This document shows, piece by piece, positions 18,119-26,321 of a stretch of DNA of 37,942 nt. The stretch comes from an uncultured Thermococci archaeon (GTDB taxonomy: Archaea; Methanobacteriota_B; Thermococci; Thermococcales; Thermococcaceae). The stretch spans positions 1 through 37,942 of the forward strand of contig CAZTOS010000013.1 of the NCBI GenBank assembly GCA_964615185.1. The letters are read 5' to 3'. The position numbers were made by a program, and so were the translations under genes. Each line of letters begins with the position of its first letter. The stretch's first letter is position 1. Under the pieces are notes generated by a model. The model was not told the DNA's origin, searched no databases, and saw nothing but the letters and a program-made list of their open reading frames with translations.

Positions 18119-18825
18119 GGGTGTACAGCGCGAGTTTAGCGCAAGCGAGTGCCCAAGGAATCATGCTAAGCGTATTAATAGTTGCAGTAGCTTTGGGTGT
18201 CTACTTCATCCTCTCAAGAAAAGCAGAGATTTTAGGAGCATCCGTGCTTATGCTGATACTCTCCCTTGCCGCTGAGAACTATTATCATATTGTCTATGCT
18301 GCAGGTGCGATGCTCGGACTTGCTCTGCTAATGCAGGTAACAGACTTTGATGAAGGAACACTTAGAGGCTCTCTATTCTACGCAGGTGCGGGTTCGTTCA
18401 TAGCACTCATACTCTACTACCTCATGCCCACAACGATCAGTGCATCACTAAATTCGAAATTCATTATCCTCGTTGGGATAGCAGCGTTCTTCGTACTCAT
18501 TGAGGGCGTTAGAACGGGCTTTGAGTACGATATTGAAGCAGCAATTGCGGTAATAGCAGCGTTTGCGGTGGCTTTCATATTGCTAAATATGGTTGGAATA
18601 ACTCATCTAAATTGGGGAGTCGCGCTCATGGCCTTTGGGGTCGTTCTTGAGGCAATTTCAGGTGGGTTCTTGGCAGTAACTTCATTCGTTGCAGGGTTGA
18701 TCGTGTGGCTCGATGATGTCATTGGTTACACTGCTTATAACCAAAACCAGCATGCCCTAAGTTTGTTACTTCCAATCGGGTTGATTCTAATTGGAATATT
18801 CTTATTCATGCAATGGAGGGATTGA
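18115..18825 (+). CDS. Polytopic membrane protein (about 8 TM)
   Basis: GTGA overlap, GGAGGT RBS; almost entirely hydrophobic. Confidence 0.8.
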   Translation: MRVYSASLAQASAQGIMLSVLIVAVALGVYFILSRKAEILGASVLMLILSLAAENYYHIVYAAGAMLGLALLMQVTDFDEGTLRGSLFYAGAGSFIALILYYLMPTTISASLNSKFIILVGIAAFFVLIEGVRTGFEYDIEAAIAVIAAFAVAFILLNMVGITHLNWGVALMAFGVVLEAISGGFLAVTSFVAGLIVWLDDVIGYTAYNQNQHALSLLLPIGLILIGIFLFMQWRD

Positions 18826-18826
18826 G

Positions 18827-19498
18827 ATGAGAAAACAGGCTTTAGCGTTGTGTTTTGTTGTTATAATCCTCGTAGGAGTGATAGCAGAGCCCGTGGGCGC
18901 TTGGTCATTGAAGGATCTGCTAAAAGGCGCAATCTCTAAGGCCTTGGAGCTGTTCAAGAGAGAAGTCATGCCAGTTGATGGCTACGAAGGAGTTGAGATT
19001 GGTAAAAGCTTCGTCATTGAAGGAGCACACTGGTGGAATCCTGACTACTACATCTACCTTGATGAGGCAAAAGTACGCTTCAGTTGGTGGATTCCAAGGG
19101 AAGTAACAGTGAAAGCCAGCGTTTACAAGGTCTACTTTGGTATTATTGGGCTCTATCAAGGACAAACTGACGACATCTGGTGGCATAAGGAAGAAATTGG
19201 CAAAGATGCCTGGATTGGAGCATTTTGGATTAGCGGGTTTGACTGGAAGCGCAGCGGTTGGAGCAATGCAACAAAAGCCTATATTGCCTACAATCTCCCT
19301 GCTGCAGATGACATGAGCAAAAATTACAATGTGACGATTCTTGAAAACGGCAGCATTAAGCTTGAGTTCCCCAACGAGACAAAAATAATCAGTTTTGAGG
19401 AGTTTGAGGGCTTTGGAAACGTGACTGTTGTTAATGCCACGTACAAATGCTTCAGATCTCTCTGCATAGTGAGGAAAAAGGAGGGAGATGAAAAATGA
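18827..19498 (+). CDS. Secreted Trp-rich protein
   Basis: Signal peptide ending PVGA-W; several N-glycosylation sequons near the C-terminus. Confidence 0.8.
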   Translation: MRKQALALCFVVIILVGVIAEPVGAWSLKDLLKGAISKALELFKREVMPVDGYEGVEIGKSFVIEGAHWWNPDYYIYLDEAKVRFSWWIPREVTVKASVYKVYFGIIGLYQGQTDDIWWHKEEIGKDAWIGAFWISGFDWKRSGWSNATKAYIAYNLPAADDMSKNYNVTILENGSIKLEFPNETKIISFEEFEGFGNVTVVNATYKCFRSLCIVRKKEGDEK

Positions 19499-19794
19499 GT
19501 CTGATGACATTGTTGGAGTTGGGCTGGTTTGGTATAATCGTACTCTTGGCATTCTTAACACTGCACGGGCACGTTACGGCACTGTTTGCCTTAATAGCCT
19601 TCCTCGGAGCAATCGGCATTCACTACCTCACCAACAAGGGCGATCCCTTCATTGTGAACTTGGCTCCGCTTGGAGCGGGCTTCAGAATGTTTGTGGCAGA
19701 GTTCGTTATGATCTTGGCTTTGTTGACAGGAAACATTCCACTCTTCCCGCTGAGCCTCGCATACATCCCGTTTGAATACTACGTGGGTGATTGA
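19495..19794 (+). CDS. Small membrane protein
   Basis: ATGA overlap; hydrophobic. Confidence 0.75.
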   Translation: MSLMTLLELGWFGIIVLLAFLTLHGHVTALFALIAFLGAIGIHYLTNKGDPFIVNLAPLGAGFRMFVAEFVMILALLTGNIPLFPLSLAYIPFEYYVGD

Positions 19795-19796
19795 CC

Positions 19797-20123
19797 ATGT
19801 TCGACACGGATAGTTTCAAAACTGGAGCAATCTTGGCGGCCGTCTATTTTGTCCCGTTGGTGCTGATTGCAGGAATTCCAGTAAATGACCCTGGAGCTGC
19901 CCTGCTCGCCTTCGTATATCTCGGACTTTCAGTAATACTGCTCATCGTGACCGCACTCGTTGCAAAGTTCATGTTCGATATCCCAATAATTCCGTGGGGT
20001 CTTGTATTGATCTTTGGTTCACTGATACTAATCCTTGTTCTAAATCCAGTTTTGGATCTCATTAGAGCAATATGGTTTGTCCCGCCCGTGATAGCGTTTG
20101 CAATAGGAGCAACGCAGGGGTGA
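19797..20123 (+). CDS. Small membrane protein (about 4 TM)
   Basis: GGGTGA RBS; hydrophobic. Confidence 0.75.
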   Translation: MFDTDSFKTGAILAAVYFVPLVLIAGIPVNDPGAALLAFVYLGLSVILLIVTALVAKFMFDIPIIPWGLVLIFGSLILILVLNPVLDLIRAIWFVPPVIAFAIGATQG

Positions 20124-20127
20124 GATC

Positions 20128-20271
20128 ATGGACAGGACCAGAATGCTCGAAAGAAAGCTCGACATTGTTAGAGAACTGAAATTGAGATTCACAAGAGAGG
20201 AAGCACAGTTGTTGAGACTTATCAAACAAGCAAAAATGAGAGAGGTGAAACGAAGTGGAAGTCAATCCTGA
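20128..20271 (+). CDS. 47-aa basic helical protein
   Basis: GGGGTGAG RBS; MDRTRMLERKLDIVRELKLRFTREE...; fills the operon gap. Confidence 0.6.
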   Translation: MDRTRMLERKLDIVRELKLRFTREEAQLLRLIKQAKMREVKRSGSQS

Positions 20272-21163
20272 GGTGAGAGAGGATATCAGAGAGGAGTTAG
20301 CGAGAAAAGTCGATGAAAAGCAAGAAAGCCAGAAAACAAGAATCATCAAGTTCACACTCCTCGGAATTGGAATTGGCGCAGTAATTGGCTTAATCATGCT
20401 CGCTTTTCCAGGATTTTATGAGACTCTCATGAAGATCCACGAGAGCCTCTCCGCTCCAAGATATTCATTTTACGTGTTGATAGGCTCAATACTCTTTGTC
20501 GAGTTCATGAGGATGACGTGGGTTGAATCCGCCAAGGCCAGAAGCAAAAGACTCATCCCACTCACAAGCCCGGAGATGGAAATTTGGGTCAAAGAGAAAC
20601 CTTTGATTGGAATAAAGCTTCCATTCACAGGTAAAGAAGTGAAATCAAGAAGAATAAAACCCCACATCGTTGAGACTGAGCTCGGTTGGCGTGTGTATCC
20701 AAATAAGTCACTCCTCTCGCCACAATGGGACGGCACGATACACTTCATTCCTGGAGACACAATCTTTGGCTATGGTAATACAAGGATAATTGCAGCAAAA
20801 AGACCGAGCAAACCCACATACTATGAGATAGACAAAAATACTGGAGAGCAAATCCCGGTTTATGTTTGGGAGCCAATCAACATTGCAGACGAGCTTTACA
20901 TGAGAGCCTTGAAGGAGATAGAATACCTCAAAGTCGAAAATGCAACACTGAGACAATTTGCAGAGAAGGGCTATGAGTTAGCAAGAACAATCGCCACGCT
21001 CCCGAGAGAATTCTTCGAGGAGCTAAGGGAGAAAGGTTACGAGGATGCGCTAAGAATCATGAAGGAGGTTCTCGGGAAAGGATTCTTTGCAGAGGTGGGG
21101 AAGATCAAGAAAGAAGAAATTTCTGCAATAATCGAAGCACTCAAAAAAGGTGGGGAACTTTGA
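20255..21163 (+). CDS. Two-TM protein with soluble beta domain and coiled-coil tail
   Basis: GAGGTGA RBS before GTG; 2 TM; heptad-rich C-terminus. Confidence 0.85.
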   Translation: MEVNPEVREDIREELARKVDEKQESQKTRIIKFTLLGIGIGAVIGLIMLAFPGFYETLMKIHESLSAPRYSFYVLIGSILFVEFMRMTWVESAKARSKRLIPLTSPEMEIWVKEKPLIGIKLPFTGKEVKSRRIKPHIVETELGWRVYPNKSLLSPQWDGTIHFIPGDTIFGYGNTRIIAAKRPSKPTYYEIDKNTGEQIPVYVWEPINIADELYMRALKEIEYLKVENATLRQFAEKGYELARTIATLPREFFEELREKGYEDALRIMKEVLGKGFFAEVGKIKKEEISAIIEALKKGGEL

Positions 21164-21177
21164 CTTTTCCCCTTTTA

Positions 21178-21298
21178 CTCATCCAGAATGCGGGCATTGG
21201 GCCGAGTAGGGATTCCGAAAGGCCTAAGCCCGCCTGGATGGGCCCGATGTGGGCTAAATGTTAGGGAGGTGGATTGACAAGAACCCCATGTCAATTCC
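21178..21298. other. GC-rich structured intergenic element (long hairpin plus two short hairpins)
   Basis: CTCATCCAG/CTGGATGGG, GCGGGC/GCCCGC and TTGGGCC/GGCCTAA nested stems; GCCC/GGGC; ATTGACA/TGTCAAT. Confidence 0.6.
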
Positions 21299-21336
21299 GA
21301 AGTCTTTGACTGATTAAGAAGAGGAGGGTCATCAAG

Positions 21337-21891
21337 ATGGGAGATGAAAAAGGTATGATTGAGTTAGTGGATGATATAGATGTTATTTTATCACATGTAG
21401 AGAAAAGAACAAAAATTGCCCCAACTGCAAAGTACCTGAGCATTGCGATATCTGTGGCAAAGAGAGCCTCACAACTTGAGAAGAAAGCTGGTAAACTTCC
21501 AAACGTCTATGTGAGCGAAAAGTTGAAACTAATTCAAGAAGCCATTGAAAAATACAAAGAGGCTCTTGAATATCTCCTCATGGCAATTTATGGGGGAGAA
21601 GACGCACTTATAAAACTCGAAGAACTAAAAAGAACAATTGGATCATCTGCGAGTCTGCGGACAAAGATTATCATGGCGCTTGCGATTCATGGGGAAATGA
21701 GAGTAAAGGATCTTGCAGATATCCTCGGAGTTTATGAATCGGCCGTGAGCAGGTCTTTAAAATACTTGATTGAGGCTGGCTACATCGAAAGAGGCGAGAA
21801 CGGGTTAAAACTAAGAGAGGGGGTTCTTGACAAGTTCCTCGAAGTATTCGATTCTGCATATAACCGTATGGAGGAAGAATTATGGGCATAA
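21337..21891 (+). CDS. Helical protein with C-terminal MarR/ArsR-like wHTH
   Basis: MRVKDLADILGVYESAVSRSLKYLIEAGYIER. Confidence 0.85.
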   Translation: MGDEKGMIELVDDIDVILSHVEKRTKIAPTAKYLSIAISVAKRASQLEKKAGKLPNVYVSEKLKLIQEAIEKYKEALEYLLMAIYGGEDALIKLEELKRTIGSSASLRTKIIMALAIHGEMRVKDLADILGVYESAVSRSLKYLIEAGYIERGENGLKLREGVLDKFLEVFDSAYNRMEEELWA

Positions 21892-23181
21892 CTCTCCGTC
21901 ACGTTCTTCAGGAGTATATCCCAAAGCCCGAAGAGAAAAAAAGTCAAAACAGAAAACCCGCTTTTAGCATTTGGGCTTACAAAGAACCATAACTTAGTGT
22001 ATCCACTAAGCGGGCCAAGCCACAGACTCATAATGGGCCAAACAGGCGCAGGAAAGACAACCCTCGCCCAAACTCTCATGGAGATTGACTTCCTAAGAGG
22101 AAGAAAAGTCTTCGAGATAGAGCCAGCTCTTGAGGCAAAATCTGAGAGGGCATTCATGAATCTGCCAAATAACAACCATCAAATGATCAAAACATTGAAA
22201 GAACATTTTGGAATCGACATTGAGGACTTCAGAGAGTGGCCGTTCAAAGCCGTGGTTTACAGTCCACCAACTCAACGTTTTCTGAACTTTCTCAAAAAGC
22301 ATGAAAATGATCCAGGCATAGAGTTTTTTAGACCTCTGACTTTCACTGAAGCCGATCTAATAGACATCATAGCCAGAACTCTGCCAACAGGCTCAATTGA
22401 GGGCTTAATCGTTGCAGATGCTTATGATGAATACGTAAACACAGTCAAGAAAAGGAAAAAGAGAAACATTGAGGAGTTTAAAGAGCTTGTGAAAAAGATA
22501 GGAGAGGGAACAAACGTCAACATAGACAACACAATAATGAAAATAAACCGCTTTTATAATGTCCTTAAAGCCTCCGAGAATCCAAACATTGACGGAGTTA
22601 ACCTGAAGGATATGATCAAAAAACGAAGAGAAATAAGTGTTTTCACAACACACTTTATAGAGAGGCCTGAAGACCGCTATATCTGGACATTTGCAATTCT
22701 CGTAACGGTTTACTCAAACTGGCTTGATAACCTCAAACGGGATTACTTGATGAGCTTTTTCGTAGCAGATGCAAACCTCTTGGCTCCATCAGCAGCAAGA
22801 GACATCATTGAGAAACTTTCATACTTCCAGACCCTAATGCGCCAAGAACTCCAAGTCTACGTGAAAATTTCTCGTGGGAAGAACATGACTTGGACCTTGG
22901 ATACACAGAGGCATGACGACCTAAGCCCAAGCATCATCAGCGAATGCAAAGAGTGGTTCGTCAAAAGAATGTACTCAAAAGAATTTGCACAAAAGCTTGG
23001 CGTAGAACCAAGAGTGTTGAGAACCCTTTCTATTGAGAAAGCCATCTATGTTGGACCACTTACGAAGTATAAGGTTCTCATCAGGCCACCGGTGAGTAGA
23101 AAAGCTTCTGCAGGTGAATATGCACCCATACATTTCTTAGATGCATACAAGAGGTGGGAAAATGAAGAAGCGAATTATTAG
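21882..23181 (+). CDS. HerA/FtsK/VirB4-like P-loop ATPase (apparent +1 frameshift at the A7 run, 21936-21942)
   Basis: HRLIMGQTGAGKT Walker A, FVADANLLAP Walker B variant, SRGKNM..LDTQR. GGAGG RBS before ATG 21882. Confidence 0.85.
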
Positions 23182-24322
23182 CGTGTTAGTATTCATATAT
23201 ATTATTATGAATATTGGGCTTGTCGCAGCATGGAGTTGGGAGCGGAATGTTTCACTCGGCGATCACATACTCATCTATCGCAACGATACACTCCTCTATA
23301 ACATCACAATAGACGTGAACAAGCGGGATAATATGACCTACGCAATAATCAAAGACGCTGAGGGAACGCTTATTTCACTGAGCATGATTGAGTGGAACAG
23401 CATCGAAATAGACGACAGCAACATCACAATAGTCAGCGTTGATAAAAATCTCACTGCAAAAACAGCGAGAATCATTATCAGCGCCCCCTACAACCTCACC
23501 GTGAAGTTGCAAAGTGAACTGAAAAAAGAAAACAAAACAGCAAAACAAACAGCTTCAAACCAAACGCTGACAAATCAAACTAAAGTCCCAAAACTCAAGC
23601 TGACCCCTGTCACGATTCCCGAAAACCTGACGTGCAACAGCGTCGAAGAGTGTCAAGCGATTATTGAGAACCTGACCAAACAGCTTGAACAGTTGAAACA
23701 AGAAAGAGACGAACTTGCCAAGCAGATTCAGTATTTACAGCAACAGCTAAACATAACACAAACTGAAAAGAAACAACTTGAAGAGCAGATCAAGATACTT
23801 CAAAAAGCTCTCGAGGAGAGAAACAAGAAGATAAGAGAGCTTGAGGAAGAAATTGAAAGACTAAAGGCTGAGCAGTGGTCATGGGAGACGGCAAGGCAAA
23901 AGATGGAAGACCAGTATATTCTGTGGACGCCTTACATTTTCCCACTGGTCTTGGGTGGCTTGGTGGTCTATTACAGGAAATATAAGAGAACAAGGAAGTA
24001 TATGGACGTTAAGATTGATCAGAAAGCAAGAGAGTTGAAAGAAGAGCTCATGGCTGAAGCATTGAAGAAAGACCTGCTCAAAGCCAAGATCGATAGCATA
24101 GTTGACGATCCAAACCTGCTCGTAATCCTGAGAACCATCATCCCGCAGATAACCGGCTCTTCTGAAATCACAAAAGGCGATATCCTCGCGGTGGACATTG
24201 ACAAAGTCGCTGAGCTCGCCAAGAAGAGGTTCCTACTGAAAGAGAACAGAGTTGAATATCTAAAGAAGAAGCTTCTCGAGCTGAAGGAAAGAATAAAAGA
24301 GGAGGCTGGCGAAGATGTTTGA
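23162..24322 (+). CDS. Type I membrane protein: sequon-rich ectodomain, coiled-coil stalk, TM, cytoplasmic domain
   Basis: Signal peptide, 13 N-x-S/T sequons before the TM, long heptad stretch. Confidence 0.85.
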   Translation: MKKRIISVLVFIYIIMNIGLVAAWSWERNVSLGDHILIYRNDTLLYNITIDVNKRDNMTYAIIKDAEGTLISLSMIEWNSIEIDDSNITIVSVDKNLTAKTARIIISAPYNLTVKLQSELKKENKTAKQTASNQTLTNQTKVPKLKLTPVTIPENLTCNSVEECQAIIENLTKQLEQLKQERDELAKQIQYLQQQLNITQTEKKQLEEQIKILQKALEERNKKIRELEEEIERLKAEQWSWETARQKMEDQYILWTPYIFPLVLGGLVVYYRKYKRTRKYMDVKIDQKARELKEELMAEALKKDLLKAKIDSIVDDPNLLVILRTIIPQITGSSEITKGDILAVDIDKVAELAKKRFLLKENRVEYLKKKLLELKERIKEEAGEDV

Positions 24323-24587
24323 ATGGTTCTTCATCATTTCTCTCATTTTAGGGATCTGGCTGATATACGAAATCGTGGCTGACAAAGTCCACGGGCCAGG
24401 GCGATACTGGATAACCATCAACGTCGAAGGTGACGCTGACAGAGTAGAGTATATCATCCGCCAACTCGCAAAGGACCAGAAAGTGAAAATCCGAAGCTAC
24501 AAGGTGAGCGTTGAGAAGCCAACTCCCAAAAAGCCGAAAAGAATTTTTAGATTAAAAAAGAAAAAAGAAAGTGGGGGATCAACATGA
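24315..24587 (+). CDS. Small N-terminally anchored protein with basic tail
   Basis: GGAGG RBS; 1 TM. Confidence 0.75.
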   Translation: MFEWFFIISLILGIWLIYEIVADKVHGPGRYWITINVEGDADRVEYIIRQLAKDQKVKIRSYKVSVEKPTPKKPKRIFRLKKKKESGGST

Positions 24588-25987
24588 AAAAAGTCGCAGG
24601 CTTAGTCGTGATATTTCTACTTTTTACCTCTTTGGGGACAGTTAGTGCAAGAGTCGTGAAAACATTCCACATTGTTAAAGGGCAGAGTTACACTTTTGAT
24701 CTGCCCAAGGCAGTGATAACAATAGAGAACGCAGAATTCAACTATGATCCGGAAATGGGGATATATGTGTCGATGATGGTACACTACAAAGATACTGGTA
24801 ATGAGCATGGAACACCAACCAGCGAGCGAGGAGAAACTGATCCAGACCGCACTTATACATATTATCTAAGAAACATTAAGTTTGATACTTGGAGCCAAAC
24901 TGTCGAGCTTGAGCAGAATGAACAGGATCCATATGCAGTGTTCATAGTAAAGCAAATTGACATGCTCGCTGGAAAAGTAGTGATCGAAAGCACTTGGGGA
25001 GAACAGAAAAGTATGAGCATTGATGAGGAAGTTTGGGTTTATGGAGTGCCAAAGGCGAAAGTTAAGCTCGTGAGCATAGAAGCGGGTCTTTTATCTCTCA
25101 AGGCAAAATTCCAAGTTACCTATTATGATCCGGTCGAAGCAGACATAGTTGTTGAGGAATACCAAGAGCAGCAGGCAAGTCCAACACCTACCGAAAACCA
25201 GACCAACACCGCACCCCAAATCCCACAACTAAACCTCTCAACTCCAACTGCCATGATAGTGGTTGGTGAGAACGCCGCCGGAGCCGATGTAGCCGCTGGA
25301 GCCAAGGTTGCCATCGCGGTTCAGAAATGGATAGACATCATCAAGGAAAAAGGAGCAGAAGTAGCCGTTCCCGAGCTTGGTAAACTGAGCGGACTAATCG
25401 CCAAGGCCGTCACCGCGCCTGTCCAGAACCTCAACGCTGATGCTATGCTTGATACTGAGGTGAAAGACCCCGACAGGATATCACCAGTCGTCTACACCGT
25501 CGGCGGGCCAGTTGCCAACGAATACACCAAAGAACTCCTTGAGGAAAACGCTGACCGGTTACCTATCAAGTTTATCAAGGAAGGAAACCAATGGTATATC
25601 ATGGACAAAGATGGGAACAAGTGGGGCAAAGGCTACGGGGTCATCACAGTTATTCCAGCGGGTGAAACTCCTGCCGAGCTTCAGATACGCCTCGCGGAAG
25701 GAAAAACTAAAGTGGTCGATGTTATAGTGGCTGGAACCGACAGGTGGGGAACCTATGGAGCGTGCAACCTGCTCCAGGGCGAATTCATGAAGCCAATCCT
25801 CGGAGAAAAGCCAAAACCCGAACTCGAATACTTCATCGAAGTTCAAAGCCGTGTCCTCCTACTCTTCAGCCAGAACCCACTCGAAGCGTTCACCATCACA
25901 ATTGACCCCAACAACCCCTTCAAGCTCCAGACCATAGCAATAATCGTGGACAAAGATGGAAAAATAGTGAAAGTCGTGACGGGCTGA
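24584..25987 (+). CDS. Secreted protein with C-terminal S-layer (Thermococcales/Methanococcales-type) domain
   Basis: IVVGENAAGADV, LDTEV, VGGPVAN and VIVAGTDRWGT match S_layer_N/S_layer_C motifs; P/T/Q linker. Confidence 0.8.
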   Translation: MKKVAGLVVIFLLFTSLGTVSARVVKTFHIVKGQSYTFDLPKAVITIENAEFNYDPEMGIYVSMMVHYKDTGNEHGTPTSERGETDPDRTYTYYLRNIKFDTWSQTVELEQNEQDPYAVFIVKQIDMLAGKVVIESTWGEQKSMSIDEEVWVYGVPKAKVKLVSIEAGLLSLKAKFQVTYYDPVEADIVVEEYQEQQASPTPTENQTNTAPQIPQLNLSTPTAMIVVGENAAGADVAAGAKVAIAVQKWIDIIKEKGAEVAVPELGKLSGLIAKAVTAPVQNLNADAMLDTEVKDPDRISPVVYTVGGPVANEYTKELLEENADRLPIKFIKEGNQWYIMDKDGNKWGKGYGVITVIPAGETPAELQIRLAEGKTKVVDVIVAGTDRWGTYGACNLLQGEFMKPILGEKPKPELEYFIEVQSRVLLLFSQNPLEAFTITIDPNNPFKLQTIAIIVDKDGKIVKVVTG

Positions 25988-26001
25988 TTTTTTTCTTTTT
26001 T
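25988..26001 (+). terminator. Oligo-T terminator
   Basis: TTTTTTTCTTTTTT directly after the stop codon. Confidence 0.7.
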
Positions 26002-26166
26002 ACCATTGTTCTTTTTGAGAAATCCTGAATATGAAACATAGCATTACATTTTTCTTTTCCAAGCCTTTCTTTCAGGACGGGGAGGAGGTCAGTCCAAAGC
26101 TTATTAACTTTCTTCAGCATTTGAGAGAACTTTACTAGAGATATAACGCTTTGAAGTGTCTCCGTT

Positions 26167-26188
26167 TGTGACAGTGTCTTTAAAGCAT
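26167..26188 (+). promoter_or_regulatory. Promoter sharing the motif at 12042-12063
   Basis: TGTGACAGTGTCTTTAAAGCAT. Confidence 0.5.
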
Positions 26189-26321
26189 CTTCTGCCTTAT
26201 TTTTGAAACAGTGTTATAATAAGTCTATACCTCAAAAGAACTCATTAGGTAATTTTGATTCTAATAATGGTTCTTCTAAAATCAGCAGACTAAAATCGGT
26301 AGGACAAATGGGGGATACACC

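Noticed and set aside
18920..19561. Long antisense ORFs (also 12853-13380, 21780-22175, 37455-37898)
   Set aside because: Shadows of well-supported plus-strand genes, with no RBS or motifs.
21234..21260. Hammerhead ribozyme (CTGGATG-GGCCC...GGGC-TAAA)
   Set aside because: Deviates from the CUGAnGA and GAAA core, and I could not build stems I and III.
21936..21943. Programmed -1 frameshift at AAAAAAG
   Set aside because: The frame change needed is +1, and the heptamer is not in the correct phase.
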